The notes under the pieces were generated by a model. The model was not told the DNA's origin and did no database searches. It saw only the letters and a program-made list of their open reading frames with translations. A DNA stretch of 64,000 nt from Candidatus Bathyarchaeota archaeon (GTDB taxonomy: Archaea; Thermoproteota; Bathyarchaeia; Bathyarchaeales; Bathycorpusculaceae), in the NCBI GenBank assembly GCA_963772455.1, contig CAVYXJ010000010.1:256001-320000 (forward strand). Reading direction: 5' to 3'. The position numbers were made by a program, and so were the translations under genes. Shown here in pieces: positions 40,851 through 52,256 of this stretch (its first letter is position 1; the number at the start of each line of letters is the position of its first letter).

Positions 40851-41908
40851 AAACCCTCGTAGTAAAAGTAAACCCAGAAAAACCCGACCCAAAAAAAATC
40901 CAATTGGCAGCCAAAATAATCCAAAAAGGGGGATTAGTTGCATTTCCAACAGAGACAGTTTATGGCTTAGGAGCAGACGCGCTTAACAAAACAGCTGTGT
41001 TGGCACTCTTTGAAGCTAAGAAACGACCGTTGGATAATCCACCAATCATTCATGTGGCTGAGTTAGCGGAAGTCTATAGATTAGTTGATGAGGTGCCCGC
41101 AAAAGCTCTGATTTTGATGGAAAAATTTTGGCCTGGACCATTAACACTAATCTTTAGACGTTCAAACATAATGTCCCGAAAGAAACGGTTGCAGGCTTGG
41201 ATACAGTTGCGATTCGTATGCCAAAACACAAAGTAGCCCTTGAACTAATCAAACTAAGTCGTTGTCCAATTGCGGCACCAAGTGCAAACCTCGCCGGCAA
41301 ACCCAGTCCGACCATCGCACAACACGTTTACGAAGACCTCAATGGAAAAATCGACGCTATAATAGATGGTGGAGCAACGAACATCGGAGTAGAATCTACC
41401 GTCGTAGACTTGAGTGTAGATCCACCGATGCTTCTTCGACCAGGTGGCACATCTTTTGAAGCGTTAAAGAAAGTCTTGGGCGACATTAAACTTCATGTTT
41501 TCGTCCAAGCTGAACAAGAGTTAACGCTTCAGGAGATAAGGTCGCCTGGAATGAAACACAAGCATTATGCGCCAAAAGCAGAAGTTATTCTTATAGAAGG
41601 AAATGTTTTAGCAGTTATAAGCAAAGTAAAAGAATTATCAGAATCATACAGGCAGAAAAGGGAAAAAAGTAGGAATCCTCGCCACCGATGAAACCCAAAC
41701 TGCTTACAAAGAAGATGTAGTTAAATCGCTTGGCAGCCGCTCTAACTTGGCTTCTGTTGCTCAAAACTTATTTCGCCTTCTAAGAGAAGTTGACGCAGAA
41801 AACGTTGATGTCATAATTGCTGAGGGTGTATCTTCCGACGGACTTGGCTTAGCAGTGATGAATAGACTCCGAAAAGCATCAGGTTACCACATAATTAAAG
41901 CCAAATAG
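40847..41908 (+). CDS. sua5: Threonylcarbamoyl-AMP synthase Sua5 (frameshifts near 41170 and 41657)
   Basis: VAFPTETVYGLGA, KKRPLDNP, APSANL, SPGMKHKHYAP, GLGLAVMNRLRKA over three frames. Confidence 0.92.
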
Positions 41909-42054
41909 CCTTTTTGTTTCCATAGTTACTTTTTTAAAATGTATAATTGCGATGTTTGATCATACGTACAATCACATATTCTTAAATTCTCGCCAAATAA
42001 AGAAATTATGTTGAATTATTTTTAGAAAATGTGCCTTCTTAAGGTGGTGATTGT

Positions 42055-42213
42055 TTGCCTCCAAGGGGTATTGAAAGTGAAAAAAGAAAAAGGCAGTACG
42101 AGCACATCAAAGAATCTGAGCTTAAAAGAGGTGCGTCTGAAGAAGATGCAGAACGCATTGCAGCTGCAACCACGAATAAAACCAAGAAAGAAAAGGGCGA
42201 AACAAAGAGCTAA
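42055..42213 (+). CDS. 52-aa basic small protein (not in the ORF track)
   Basis: MPPRGIESEKRKRQYEHIKESELKRGASEEDAERIAAATTNK...; strong RBS aggtggtga; TTG start. Confidence 0.75.
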   Translation: MPPRGIESEKRKRQYEHIKESELKRGASEEDAERIAAATTNKTKKEKGETKS

Positions 42214-42340
42214 TCCTTCCAGATTTTGAAACAGGTAAATCCTGTCGAATATATGCTTAGGCTGGGAAAAATTTATATCTAAAGGTTTGATTGTTCCGTT
42301 TAGAATCTAATAACTCTAAAGGAAATATTTGGTGAAAAAC

Positions 42341-44014
42341 ATGTCTCAAGGTAGTGGAAACATTCCAATTCTAGTACTAAAAGAAGGCACCGGCCGATCA
42401 AGTGGTCGAGAAGCACAAAAAAACAACATAATGGCTGCAAAAATAGTGGCTGAAGCAGTTAAATCTACACTCGGTCCATGCGGAATGGATAAAATGCTCG
42501 TGAGTAGCATGGGCGATGTTGCAATAACCAACGACGGCGCAACCATCATGAAAGAGCTTGACGTTCAGCATCCAGCAGCAAAAATGCTCGTTGAAGTTGC
42601 AAAAGCACAAGATAATGAAGTTGGCGACGGAACAACAACCGCAGTCATTCTAGCGGGAGAATTACTTGCAAAAGCTGAAGGCTTGCTTGATAAAAATATA
42701 CATCCCACTGTTATAATTGAAGGATACAAAAAAGCAAGTGAAGAAGCACAGAAAATTCTAGAAAAAATAGCTATTCCCGTTACATTCGAGGATGAAAAAA
42801 CCCTTAGGAATATTGCAATTACATCCATCTCAAGCAAAAGCATAAACGTTGCAGAAGACCATTTTGCAAAAATAATAGTTGAAGCTGTAAAACAAGTTTC
42901 TGAAAAAACAGGAAACAAGTATGTCTCTGATATCGACCTGATAAAAGTCGTTAAGAAACATGGCCAAAGCCTAGATGAAACAGAACTTGTGAAAGGCATG
43001 GTCCTTGACAAAGAAGTCGCTAGTTCAGGTATGCCAAAACTAATTGATGGTGCAAAAATCGCTCTTCTAAATGCTAAATTAGAAATTGAGAAAACAGAGT
43101 TTGACGCTAAAATTAACATTGAAAGTCCAGATCAGATGAAGATGTTCCTTGACGAAGAAGAACGTATGTTAAAAGAAATGGTTACTGCTATTACCAAATC
43201 AGGTGCCAATGTTATTTTCTGTGAAAAAGGCATCGACGACATGGTGCTGCACTTCCTTAGCAAAGCAGGCGTTTTAGCCGTTAAAAGTGTCAGTAGCAGC
43301 GATATGGAAAAACTCTCTCGTGCCACAGGAGCAAGTATAGGTGCAAGTGTAAAAGACTTAACACCTGACGCACTTGGCAAAGCTAAACGCGTTGAAGAAG
43401 TCAAAATCGGCGATGACAAATTAATATACATCCGCGACTGCAAAAACCCAAAAGCAGTGACAATAGTTATTAGAGGTGCATCAAACCACGTAATAGATGA
43501 AGCAGAACGTTCACTGCACGATGGCTTATGCGTAGTACGTAATGCAATTGAAGATGGCAAAATCGTCGCAGGCGGCGGCGCACCCGAAGCAGAATTAGCA
43601 AAGAACCTTCGCGCTTTCGCAGTGAAAGTTGGCGGACGCGAGCAACTTGCAGTTGAAGCATTCGCAGACGCAGTTGAAGAAATCCCGCTTACACTTGCGG
43701 AGAACGCAGGCTTAGACCCCATAGACATCATGGTTGCACTAAGATCACAGCACGAGAAAGCAAACAGCCAAGTTTTCGGCATCGATGTAACTACTGGTAA
43801 AATCGTAAACATGTGCGACAAAATGATTATTGAACCACTCCGAGTCAAGCAGCAAGTTATCAAATCTGCAACCGAAGCAACCAACATGATATTGAAAATC
43901 GACGACTTAATTAGCATCAAAGGCGGCGGAAAGATGCCCCAAATGCCACCAGGAATGGGAGGCATGGGCGGCGGCATGGGTGGAATGGGCGGTATGGGCG
44001 GAATGCCCTACTAA
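42341..44014 (+). CDS. ths: Thermosome (group II chaperonin) subunit
   Basis: [32 protein letters not shown]-repeat tail. Confidence 0.96.
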   Translation: MSQGSGNIPILVLKEGTGRSSGREAQKNNIMAAKIVAEAVKSTLGPCGMDKMLVSSMGDVAITNDGATIMKELDVQHPAAKMLVEVAKAQDNEVGDGTTTAVILAGELLAKAEGLLDKNIHPTVIIEGYKKASEEAQKILEKIAIPVTFEDEKTLRNIAITSISSKSINVAEDHFAKIIVEAVKQVSEKTGNKYVSDIDLIKVVKKHGQSLDETELVKGMVLDKEVASSGMPKLIDGAKIALLNAKLEIEKTEFDAKINIESPDQMKMFLDEEERMLKEMVTAITKSGANVIFCEKGIDDMVLHFLSKAGVLAVKSVSSSDMEKLSRATGASIGASVKDLTPDALGKAKRVEEVKIGDDKLIYIRDCKNPKAVTIVIRGASNHVIDEAERSLHDGLCVVRNAIEDGKIVAGGGAPEAELAKNLRAFAVKVGGREQLAVEAFADAVEEIPLTLAENAGLDPIDIMVALRSQHEKANSQVFGIDVTTGKIVNMCDKMIIEPLRVKQQVIKSATEATNMILKIDDLISIKGGGKMPQMPPGMGGMGGGMGGMGGMGGMPY

Positions 44015-44271
44015 GCCAAAACTTCTTTTCTTTATTATATTTATTAAGATTAGAAAGTCATTTATTTTTGTTTTATTTTTCGACCTCACAATTTCCCTAA
44101 ATGGGCAGATGATAGAGAAAACAAAGTTTTCCTTCCATTAAATTGTTCCAAGTGAAATTTTAGGGTGAACATTGCTCCTATCTTGGCTTCTCCATTAAGT
44201 TTATGTGACCAAAAGTTGGGTGTCTCCCAAAAATAATTAAGTGCCGAGCAACAATGAAATGAAAGAACACC

Positions 44272-44988
44272 ATGAAACACGTAAAGATTTCCGCCTTCGA
44301 TCTCCCTGATGCATGGTTCAAAGTGCTCAGCAACATATGGAAAGAAGGTGACATTTACCCGGTTGGCTTTGGGTCCGAAGAAACCGAAACCAAAAAACTC
44401 AATTTAACTATCGAAATTAGTCATCCTGAAAATAGACCTCTTGTTAGCGACAAAGCCCCTTGCGATTTTAAGTACGTCCAAGGTTATGCGCTGGAATATT
44501 TATGGTGTGGCGAAAAACAAGAGGATGAAACTTACACTTATGGTAGCAGGCTTAACCATCCCATAAACCAAGTAGAAGAAGCTATCAAGAGGTATGTCGA
44601 AGAGCAAAGAGACCGTCAAGTTACAATGGTTATAAGGCTTCCCACTGATATAAAAAAATTCGATGAAAACCATAAGAAAAGTGAACCGCCATGTTTAAGT
44701 CTCATTGATACTGAAATCCTTGATAACCGTATGCATCTAACTTGTTATTTTCGCAGCTGGGACTCTTTTGGCGGGTTGCCTGCTAACATTGCCGGGCTCC
44801 AACTTTTCAATGAAGCCTTCGTAAACGAAATAAACGAACGCGGTAATCTATCGCTGAAAACTGGTAAACTAATTTTCCATTCAAAGAACTGTCACATTTA
44901 CCAACGCCAATATAACCTTGTGAAGGACCTTTTGGAACCCAAAGATACTCCGAAAAGAATCGCTAAAACATTAAAAGGTGAAAGCTAA
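44272..44988 (+). CDS. thyA: Thymidylate synthase, archaeal type
   Basis: YTYGSRL, EPPCL, FRSWD, PANIAG, HIY. Confidence 0.85.
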   Translation: MKHVKISAFDLPDAWFKVLSNIWKEGDIYPVGFGSEETETKKLNLTIEISHPENRPLVSDKAPCDFKYVQGYALEYLWCGEKQEDETYTYGSRLNHPINQVEEAIKRYVEEQRDRQVTMVIRLPTDIKKFDENHKKSEPPCLSLIDTEILDNRMHLTCYFRSWDSFGGLPANIAGLQLFNEAFVNEINERGNLSLKTGKLIFHSKNCHIYQRQYNLVKDLLEPKDTPKRIAKTLKGES

Positions 44989-46361
44989 GTTCCCTTGGTT
45001 GTTGGATAACCAAGATTATTCCAAGCCGTCATGCCCCCCAAGACGTTACTGACCTTAACAAACCCTTTTCGTTCAAGTATGCTTGCTCCTATGCTGGAGC
45101 GGTTGCCTACAGAGCAAGTTACCGCAATTTGTTTGCCTTTGGGCAGTGAATCCGTCTTTTGTTGTAAATCGGCAAAAAATATTCTGGTCGCTTTTTCAAC
45201 AAAGCCATCTTCTTCCCATTCAGGTGGATCCCTTACATCTAAAAGCAAAACTTCACCCTTGGTCAATCGGTCCTTGAGTTCCGTCACCGAAATGGTATCG
45301 AAACTTCTAATGGTTTTACCTGCTTCCTGCCACTCATTCATGCCCCCACAAAGATACCCGCACATATTATCAAATCCAAGCCGCCTCAACCTTGGTGTTG
45401 CCAAATCTATGTCGCTTGGTCGTTCATGGATAAAGATGATATATTGGTTGATATCAAGAATCCATCCTGGGTAGACACTGGTTCCTCCAAGCCATAAGCT
45501 AAGCGAATTTGGAATGTGTGAACCTGCAAAAGCGTAGGGCAAGCGAGTGTCAATTATTATCATATTTTGTTTATGCATTTCTTCCTCAAATTCAAGTAGT
45601 GAGAGGGGTCTTGGGTAAGATAGCTCACTTAGAAGCGGAGGACCGTTTAAGTTGAGCTCCTCCATTTTCTTGAAGTAACGAGGAACCACTAATTCTTCAG
45701 CGACCAGTTTTTTGATGAATTCTTCTTTACTTAGCTGAAGGTAGGGGTTGGTTTTCTTTTCAAATCCCAGAGTGGTTGGTTCCATTCCGCTTATACCTTG
45801 TCCGCAAACGCTGCCCGCTCCATGCGCAGGATAAACTAGCACATGGTCGCCCAGAAGCAACAACTTTTCGTGTAGACTGAAATAGAGTTTTTCAGCTTGA
45901 ATCGTTCGTGTACTTTTACCGTATAGGTCTATTCTTCCCACGGAGCCAGCGAAGAGAGTATCGCCGGTGAAAACCATCTGCGGTGTAACGTTTCCAGACT
46001 GATAAACAAAATAGCACATGGATTCATTCGTATGACCTTCAGTGCATATTGCTTTGATTTTCATATTGCCAAAACTTAAGCCATCTCCTTCGGATAGGAA
46101 GTTTTCACCATACTTGAAGTTCAGTTCCTTGCTATGCCCAATTTCTGCGTTAGTCATATTCTGCAATTCGAGTGAGCCAATTGCATAATCTTCGTTTCGA
46201 TGCGTTTCCAAAATATGTTTAATTTTAGTACATTCTTCCTTAGCAATTTGAGCATAGATTTCGCAGTCTCGACGTGGATCAATTACGACTGCTTCTTTCT
46301 CACTGGATAGGTAGTAGCTGTTGTGGGCTAATCCCTCAGACTTTATGATTCTCAAGTTCAT
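44985..46361 (-). CDS. MBL-fold hydrolase with two rhodanese domains
   Basis: THRNEDY, GHT, FTGD, HGAGSVCG, CSVGNRS. Confidence 0.9.
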   Translation of the reverse strand: MNLRIIKSEGLAHNSYYLSSEKEAVVIDPRRDCEIYAQIAKEECTKIKHILETHRNEDYAIGSLELQNMTNAEIGHSKELNFKYGENFLSEGDGLSFGNMKIKAICTEGHTNESMCYFVYQSGNVTPQMVFTGDTLFAGSVGRIDLYGKSTRTIQAEKLYFSLHEKLLLLGDHVLVYPAHGAGSVCGQGISGMEPTTLGFEKKTNPYLQLSKEEFIKKLVAEELVVPRYFKKMEELNLNGPPLLSELSYPRPLSLLEFEEEMHKQNMIIIDTRLPYAFAGSHIPNSLSLWLGGTSVYPGWILDINQYIIFIHERPSDIDLATPRLRRLGFDNMCGYLCGGMNEWQEAGKTIRSFDTISVTELKDRLTKGEVLLLDVRDPPEWEEDGFVEKATRIFFADLQQKTDSLPKGKQIAVTCSVGNRSSIGASILERKGFVKVSNVLGGMTAWNNLGYPTTKGT

Positions 46362-46535
46362 TTTTGTCACCGATAAAATACATTTCCTCAAGAGAAGGCA
46401 AGTGAATGATTGATCTTTCGTGAAAACTTGCTAATTAATTATTACAGAGTTAATGATTTATTTCTTTCCAAACTAAATATTCCACGATTAAATCTTTATA
46501 GAACAAAAACGCCTAGATTAAACAAGGTAAAGTGT

Positions 46536-47048
46536 ATGGGTCACAATACGGCGACTTGGAAACTGCTCGAAGAAATGCTAATTGAATTAAAGAAAAAAGG
46601 AGTCACCATTCCATCTCCTATTATGGAGGATTTGAGAGCTGCCAAATCAATGATTAAACTTTCTTGTATTAAAGGCGGCGGTGACGCTATCGAGAGAGCT
46701 GAAGAATACACTGCAAACGTTGAAGGTTACTTGATAAATGAAGCTCAAAAAATATTTGGCTCTGAAACTGCTGATCAATGGCTAAGGCGCCTGGAAGAAG
46801 CCAATACTGAAGTCTGTGAAGAGACAATAACAGAAAACAACTTCGTAACGGGAGTTCCCAGAGATCAAAAATGGGTTCGAGTTGAACCTATAGAGACATT
46901 GCCGAAACAAAGGATTTTGCAACTTGCAAACGAACATAAACTTCAAGTAAAAATGCAAAATGATGGGCGCCTAGTAGTTTACGGTCAAAATGAAGATATC
47001 AAAATATTTCTAAAAAAAATAACAGCTGAAGCAGCTGTTAAGAAATAA
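46536..47048 (+). CDS. DUF2096-like protein
   Basis: WKLLEEMLIELKKKG...DLRAAK, GVPRDQKWVRV. Confidence 0.7.
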   Translation: MGHNTATWKLLEEMLIELKKKGVTIPSPIMEDLRAAKSMIKLSCIKGGGDAIERAEEYTANVEGYLINEAQKIFGSETADQWLRRLEEANTEVCEETITENNFVTGVPRDQKWVRVEPIETLPKQRILQLANEHKLQVKMQNDGRLVVYGQNEDIKIFLKKITAEAAVKK

Positions 47049-47196
47049 AAAATAGAAATAATTTGCAATAGATCTTTTTCTTAATGGGGCTGGTGTAGGA
47101 AAAAGAGATTTTATCTTTTCATAGTCAATATTGTCTATTTGTTAATTTGTTATTAGTTTCGATATGTTTTTTATTATAAATTGACAATGCTCTTCT

Positions 47197-48456
47197 GTGG
47201 CAACTGTTTTGGTGAAACTTAAGGGATTTCAAAAATTAACATTTGTTGATCAGGCACTTCAGACGTGGTTCAGTGCATTGCAGATTGGCAAGCCCAACGT
47301 TGATGAGGTACCGCTTCGCGAAGCATTAGGTCGCGTACTAGCTGAAGATCTTATCGCTCATGAAGCTTTGCCCCGTTTTGATAAATCAGCTATGGATGGC
47401 TACGCAGTTAAATCAGTTGATTTGGTAAGTGCAACACAATCCAAACCCGTAGTTCTGCAAATAATCCAAGCAGGTCAGGTAAATTCTAAAGAAGCTATGC
47501 AGGTTTGGACGGGAAATCCCATTCCTAATGGCGCAGACGCAGTTGTTATGATTGAAGATACCACGAAGTGTGGAGAGCATTTGCAAGCTTGGGGTCAACT
47601 TGCACCCTGGACCAACATTTCTAAGATTGGTGAGGATATTAAACAAGGCGACCTACTTGTTGAAGCTGGCACACGTTTGAATCCATATCATCTAGGATTA
47701 GCTGCTGCACTAGGGCACTCAAATCTCAAAGTTACTCATAAACCAAGAATCGCTATCATTGCAACCGGCAACGAAATAGTTGAAGTAGCAACCGATCGAG
47801 CGAGTAATCAAATTTTTGATTCAAACAAAACCATGATTTCGGCTATGTGTCATGAACTTGGCGCAGAAACAACTGACTTTGGAATCGCAAAAGATAAAAT
47901 TGATGAAATTAGCCAAAAAATAGAAAACGCCATTAAAACTAACGATGCTGTTATCACTACTGGAGGAACCAGTGTTGGCGGCTTAGATTTAGTTCCTGAA
48001 GTAGTAAATAAGTTGGGAAAACCTGGAGTAATAGTGCATGGTGTTGCACTTCGTCCGGCCATGCCAACTGGAGTGGCAATGCTTGAAGGTAAACCTGTTC
48101 TGATTTTGTCAGGCAATCCAGTTGCTGCAGTTATCGGTTTTGAAGTATTCGGCAGACCTTTAATTTCCAAACTGTTAGGGATGGCACATACCGAATTTAG
48201 ACCCACGATCAAAGCTGTTTTGAAACGAAAAATTACAAGTGTTTTGGGGAGAAAAACTTATGCTCGAGTTCGAGTCACTTTGGAAGACGGAGATTTATTT
48301 GCTGAACCGGTTAGCGTCAAAGGGTCAGGATCAATATCTACAATGACTCAAAGTAACGGTTATCTTATTGTTCCAGAAAACCGTGAAGGAATTAGTGAAG
48401 GCGAAACAATATTTGTTCAAATGTTCGGCCTCTTAGAGGTAGTGAATAATGTTTAG
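47197..48456 (+). CDS. moeA: Molybdopterin molybdotransferase MoeA
   Basis: SAMDGYAV, TGNE, TTGGTSVG, LSGNP. Confidence 0.92.
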   Translation: MATVLVKLKGFQKLTFVDQALQTWFSALQIGKPNVDEVPLREALGRVLAEDLIAHEALPRFDKSAMDGYAVKSVDLVSATQSKPVVLQIIQAGQVNSKEAMQVWTGNPIPNGADAVVMIEDTTKCGEHLQAWGQLAPWTNISKIGEDIKQGDLLVEAGTRLNPYHLGLAAALGHSNLKVTHKPRIAIIATGNEIVEVATDRASNQIFDSNKTMISAMCHELGAETTDFGIAKDKIDEISQKIENAIKTNDAVITTGGTSVGGLDLVPEVVNKLGKPGVIVHGVALRPAMPTGVAMLEGKPVLILSGNPVAAVIGFEVFGRPLISKLLGMAHTEFRPTIKAVLKRKITSVLGRKTYARVRVTLEDGDLFAEPVSVKGSGSISTMTQSNGYLIVPENREGISEGETIFVQMFGLLEVVNNV

Positions 48457-49699
48457 AAAACTCATGACTCTTAATGAAGCAAAAAAAACTATTAACGACA
48501 ATTTTAAACCTGTTTCTTTAGGTGAAGAAGACGCCGTACTTTTGGAAGCTTTCAATCGCGTTCTCAACCAAGATGTAGTTTCAACTTTGGATATTCCTCC
48601 GTTTAGCCGTTCAACCGTCGACGGATATGCAGTAAAATCCAAAGACACATTTGGAGCCGATGAAAACGAACCTATAAAATTGAAGGTTACTGGCGCGATT
48701 TGTGCCGGTGAACAGCCTAATGTTATGGTTGCAGATGGCGAAGCGGTTGAAATTGTTACCGGAGCTCCCATGCCTGAAGGAGCTGACGCAGCTGTAATGG
48801 TTGAGGATACTGAGCGAGAAGATACTCAATTAAATGTGTTTACCCCGATTACGGCTAACCAGAATGTTATGAAGAAAGGCTCAGACATTAAAAATGGTGA
48901 TGTAGTGCTCAAGAAAGGGCAATTGCTGGGTTCTTCGGAGATTGGTGTTTTAGCAGCTTTGGGTTTAACTAAAGTTAAGGTCGCCAAAATTCCTATAGTA
49001 GCCGTTTTATCCACTGGTGATGAAATCACCGAACTAGGAAAAGAATTGCCAGCAGGAAAAATCTATGATATTAATGCTTACAGCATTAGTACTGCCGTAA
49101 TTGAAAGTGGCGGAAAACCCGTTTATTTCGGCGTAGTTCCAGACGACAAAGCAGCTTTAACAAAAGTTTTGCAGACAGCAATAACTTCTGCGGATATGGT
49201 TATTACTTCGGGCGGTGTCTCTGTTGGTCCACGCGATTATACTCCGCAAATCTTGGATTCACTGGGTAAACCTGGAATAGTAGTTTATGGAATTGCAGTT
49301 AAGCCTGGCAAACCTACAACCATTGGATTTATTGGGGATAAACCGATTTTTTCATTGCCAGGGCATCCAACATCTGCTTTGTTGATTTTCTATTTGCTTG
49401 CGAGGCCATTGATTCAACAGTTGGCAGGAAGACCTGTGGTGGGCATGAAGGTTGTTAGAGGTTTTGCCGGTTCAAGAATGTTTAGTGCTAAAGGCAGACG
49501 CACTTTTGTTATGGTTAAAATAGAGTTTGACCAGAATTGCCGTTTAATTGCAGAACCTGTAGAATCTGGGGCTTCAGGTGCAATTACGACATTATCAAAA
49601 GCTGACGGATTTGTGGAAATTGCCGAGAACGAGCAGTTTATTGATGTTGATGAAGAAATTGAGATTTTTCTCTTCCGGGGCTCTGCGAATAAAGTTTAG
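48449..49699 (+). CDS. moeA: Molybdopterin molybdotransferase MoeA (second paralog)
   Basis: STVDGYAV, STGDE, TSGGVSVG, KPGKP, LPGHP. Confidence 0.92.
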   Translation: MFRKLMTLNEAKKTINDNFKPVSLGEEDAVLLEAFNRVLNQDVVSTLDIPPFSRSTVDGYAVKSKDTFGADENEPIKLKVTGAICAGEQPNVMVADGEAVEIVTGAPMPEGADAAVMVEDTEREDTQLNVFTPITANQNVMKKGSDIKNGDVVLKKGQLLGSSEIGVLAALGLTKVKVAKIPIVAVLSTGDEITELGKELPAGKIYDINAYSISTAVIESGGKPVYFGVVPDDKAALTKVLQTAITSADMVITSGGVSVGPRDYTPQILDSLGKPGIVVYGIAVKPGKPTTIGFIGDKPIFSLPGHPTSALLIFYLLARPLIQQLAGRPVVGMKVVRGFAGSRMFSAKGRRTFVMVKIEFDQNCRLIAEPVESGASGAITTLSKADGFVEIAENEQFIDVDEEIEIFLFRGSANKV

Positions 49700-50043
49700 T
49701 CTTTTCTCTTCAATAAAAGATACGCTGTGAACATCCAAGTTAAAACGGCAAAAACAAGCATGCTTGCTGCAACTATAATGTTGCTTAACCCAATTGAGAA
49801 CAGAACATCTAATGAAAAGACTGTGTTTACAATGAATAATATTGCAACTAACCAAGGTGCCCAACCTCTCTTTACAAAAAGACTGTAAGCTGTTATCAAA
49901 CTAAAAATTCCAAGAAACCCTAAATGAGGTGGATAACCTGTTAAAGGCAAAAAAGCCAAAAAAATTAGTCCCGTGACTGCATAGAAGGCAATAGATGCAA
50001 GTTGGAAGGGCTTAAAATTTTTTAGTCGTTTTGATAGGGACAC
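49696..50043 (-). CDS. Small membrane protein
   Basis: Four hydrophobic segments; RBS-like aggcga upstream. Confidence 0.7.
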   Translation of the reverse strand: MSLSKRLKNFKPFQLASIAFYAVTGLIFLAFLPLTGYPPHLGFLGIFSLITAYSLFVKRGWAPWLVAILFIVNTVFSLDVLFSIGLSNIIVAASMLVFAVLTWMFTAYLLLKRKD

Positions 50044-50319
50044 AGTTATTCGCCTTTACCTTATGCAGTATGGTATAATTAATAAATTTAATGTATTAGA
50101 TAGGAAAAATAATTTAGAGTTAGTTTGAAAATCTAATCATAGAATTTGATTATAAAATGAGCCATCAAGCTTTTTTCTAAAAATTGACCCCTATAGTTTT
50201 GGTACTGAAATAGATCTCGATAATTAAGCTCTGATACCTTGAAATTGAATTAGAGCGGTTGTCTCTGATTTTTATATTTTAAAGTCACTACAGTTAATGT
50301 TGTTGGAGGACTTGATTGT

Positions 50320-50898
50320 TTGTCTAAGGCATCAGAAACAGTAATTTTAACAATTGGTCATTCAACCCGCACGCTCGAAGAATTTGTACAGATTCTTGAG
50401 GTTTATGGTGTAACACTAGTTATCGACGTGCGTACAGTTCCTCGAAGTAGACATAACCCCCAGTTTAACAAAGAAACTCTGCCAACCACCCTCAAACATT
50501 ACGGCGTAAGATACATCCATATACCCGAAATCGGCGGTTTACGACATCCAAAACACGAATCAGTTAACACGGCTTGGAAAAACAGCGGCTTCCGAGGATA
50601 CGCAGACTATATGCAGACCCAAGAATTCACGGATAACCTGCTAAAAATAGTGGCTTTGGCTAGGGAAAACCGTTTGGCATTAATGTGTGCAGAAGCGCTG
50701 CCTTGGCGTTGCCACCGCAACCTCATATCGGACGCCTTATTGGTTAGGCACATAAAAGTTGAACACATAATAAGCAAAGACAGCATTATTAACCATGAAC
50801 TCAACTCGTTAGCTCAAGTCCAAGGAACAAAAATAACTTATCCATTGTTCACCAAAGAAACTCCGCAGAGAACTCTGGGAGATTTTGGAACGGCTTGA
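50320..50898 (+). CDS. DUF488 family protein
   Basis: TIGHSTR, DVRTVPRSR, LMCAE..WRCHR. Confidence 0.92.
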   Translation: MSKASETVILTIGHSTRTLEEFVQILEVYGVTLVIDVRTVPRSRHNPQFNKETLPTTLKHYGVRYIHIPEIGGLRHPKHESVNTAWKNSGFRGYADYMQTQEFTDNLLKIVALARENRLALMCAEALPWRCHRNLISDALLVRHIKVEHIISKDSIINHELNSLAQVQGTKITYPLFTKETPQRTLGDFGTA

Positions 50899-50909
50899 TT
50901 TTTTGTCGA

Positions 50910-52256
50910 TTATTTCTTCTGTAGTTTTGCGATGAAAAAGCCATTGCATTGGTGAATGTGGGGGTAGAGTCTTTGGCACTGGGTTAAGCCGTTTAGTCCT
51001 GGCAATCCAATTTTAGGTTCGATTTCCAATAAAGAGAAATCAAGGTGTTCTTTTAGGAACCTCTCAATTATATTTTCGTTCTCTTCGACCGTTATGCTGC
51101 ACGTAGAGTAAGCCAAAATTCCCCCTTTAGCTACTTTTTCTGCACAATTGTTTATCATTTTCCACTGAATCTCTGACATGTTTTGAATTGACATTGGGCT
51201 CAAACGCCATTTAGATGAGGGTTGTTTGGCAAATACTCCTGTGCTGGTACAGGGTGGATCCAAAATAATAAGGTCTGCCTCGCCAAGCAATGGTACCGAA
51301 ACAGTGGCATCTGCTACAATGGGTTCAGCAATAATAGTTTTCATCCGAGTGGTTTCTTTTTTCCACGTTTTCATACGTTTAGATGAGAAATCGATAGAGT
51401 AAATGTTGCCTTGATTTTGCATGAGTTGCGCTAAAAATGTTGTTTTTGCACCTGGTGCCCCACAAACATCAAACACCTTATTACCTGATTTGGGGTTTGC
51501 AACTTGGGTGGCAAAGCAACTTGCCTTGTCTTGCACATAGAATAAACCCTCTGCATAACTTGGCAAAGCGTTTAAGGGTTTTTTAGAAGAAATAACCTTG
51601 TAAGTGTAATTTAACTGAGGGATTTTCTCTAAAACGACTCCTTCTTGATTGAGCTTTTTTACAGTTTCTTCTTCAGATTCCTTTAAGGTATTTATGCGGA
51701 CGTATCCAGGAGGCGGAATCATGCTGCCATTTAATAACGCGATAGCTTCGTCGTGTCCAAATAACTTGAGGCAATATTCAACGAACCATAAAGGATGAAA
51801 AGTTTGAAGACTGATTTTTTCTGCTTCGTCAACACCTGCCATAATGGATGAAAATTTTTTCGTAAGCAAAAAGCCCAAAAATGGTTCGATTTCACGCATC
51901 TCTTCCCAGCCAAGAATGGCTCTACCCATGCCAGCGATATTTTCAGCTTCTTTTTGATTAATTTTATCAAAATTTTTGACTAAGCGTGTTTGATAAACAT
52001 ACAAACGCAGGAAAGCTTGGATTCCCATATCATATTCGTTGACGCTTTTAGGTGCAACTACTTCATTTATGAATTTGTCGATTAAATTTTTTCGACGTTC
52101 TGTCTCAACGACTAAACCATAAGCGAAACGAATGGCGCTAGGGTCTTTGATGGATAGTTGTTTTACTGTCTTCATCAATGCTGAACGCTCGTTAAGTCGG
52201 CGCATTTCTATCCAGCTAAGGGTTTCTATGGCAACAGTCCAAGCGTCACGTAACAA
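50910..52256 (-). CDS. RsmB/NOP2 RNA m5C methyltransferase
   Basis: VQDKAS, DVCGAPGAKT, LDPPCT, YSTCS, GFFIA. Confidence 0.92.
   Translation of the reverse strand: MLRDAWTVAIETLSWIEMRRLNERSALMKTVKQLSIKDPSAIRFAYGLVVETERRKNLIDKFINEVVAPKSVNEYDMGIQAFLRLYVYQTRLVKNFDKINQKEAENIAGMGRAILGWEEMREIEPFLGFLLTKKFSSIMAGVDEAEKISLQTFHPLWFVEYCLKLFGHDEAIALLNGSMIPPPGYVRINTLKESEEETVKKLNQEGVVLEKIPQLNYTYKVISSKKPLNALPSYAEGLFYVQDKASCFATQVANPKSGNKVFDVCGAPGAKTTFLAQLMQNQGNIYSIDFSSKRMKTWKKETTRMKTIIAEPIVADATVSVPLLGEADLIILDPPCTSTGVFAKQPSSKWRLSPMSIQNMSEIQWKMINNCAEKVAKGGILAYSTCSITVEENENIIERFLKEHLDFSLLEIEPKIGLPGLNGLTQCQRLYPHIHQCNGFFIAKLQKK

Noticed and set aside
42029-42229. 66-aa ORF in the track
   Set aside because: The alternative frame 42055..42213 has the RBS and a recognisable motif
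43132-43977. Long antisense ORFs over the thermosome and similar shadow ORFs elsewhere
   Set aside because: They are antisense to well-supported genes and carry no motifs
43951-44008. Tandem ggcatg/ggaatg repeats
   Set aside because: They encode the ordinary GGM tail of the chaperonin
47197-49699. Tandem moeA duplication as a novelty
   Set aside because: Two adjacent moeA paralogs are common in archaea
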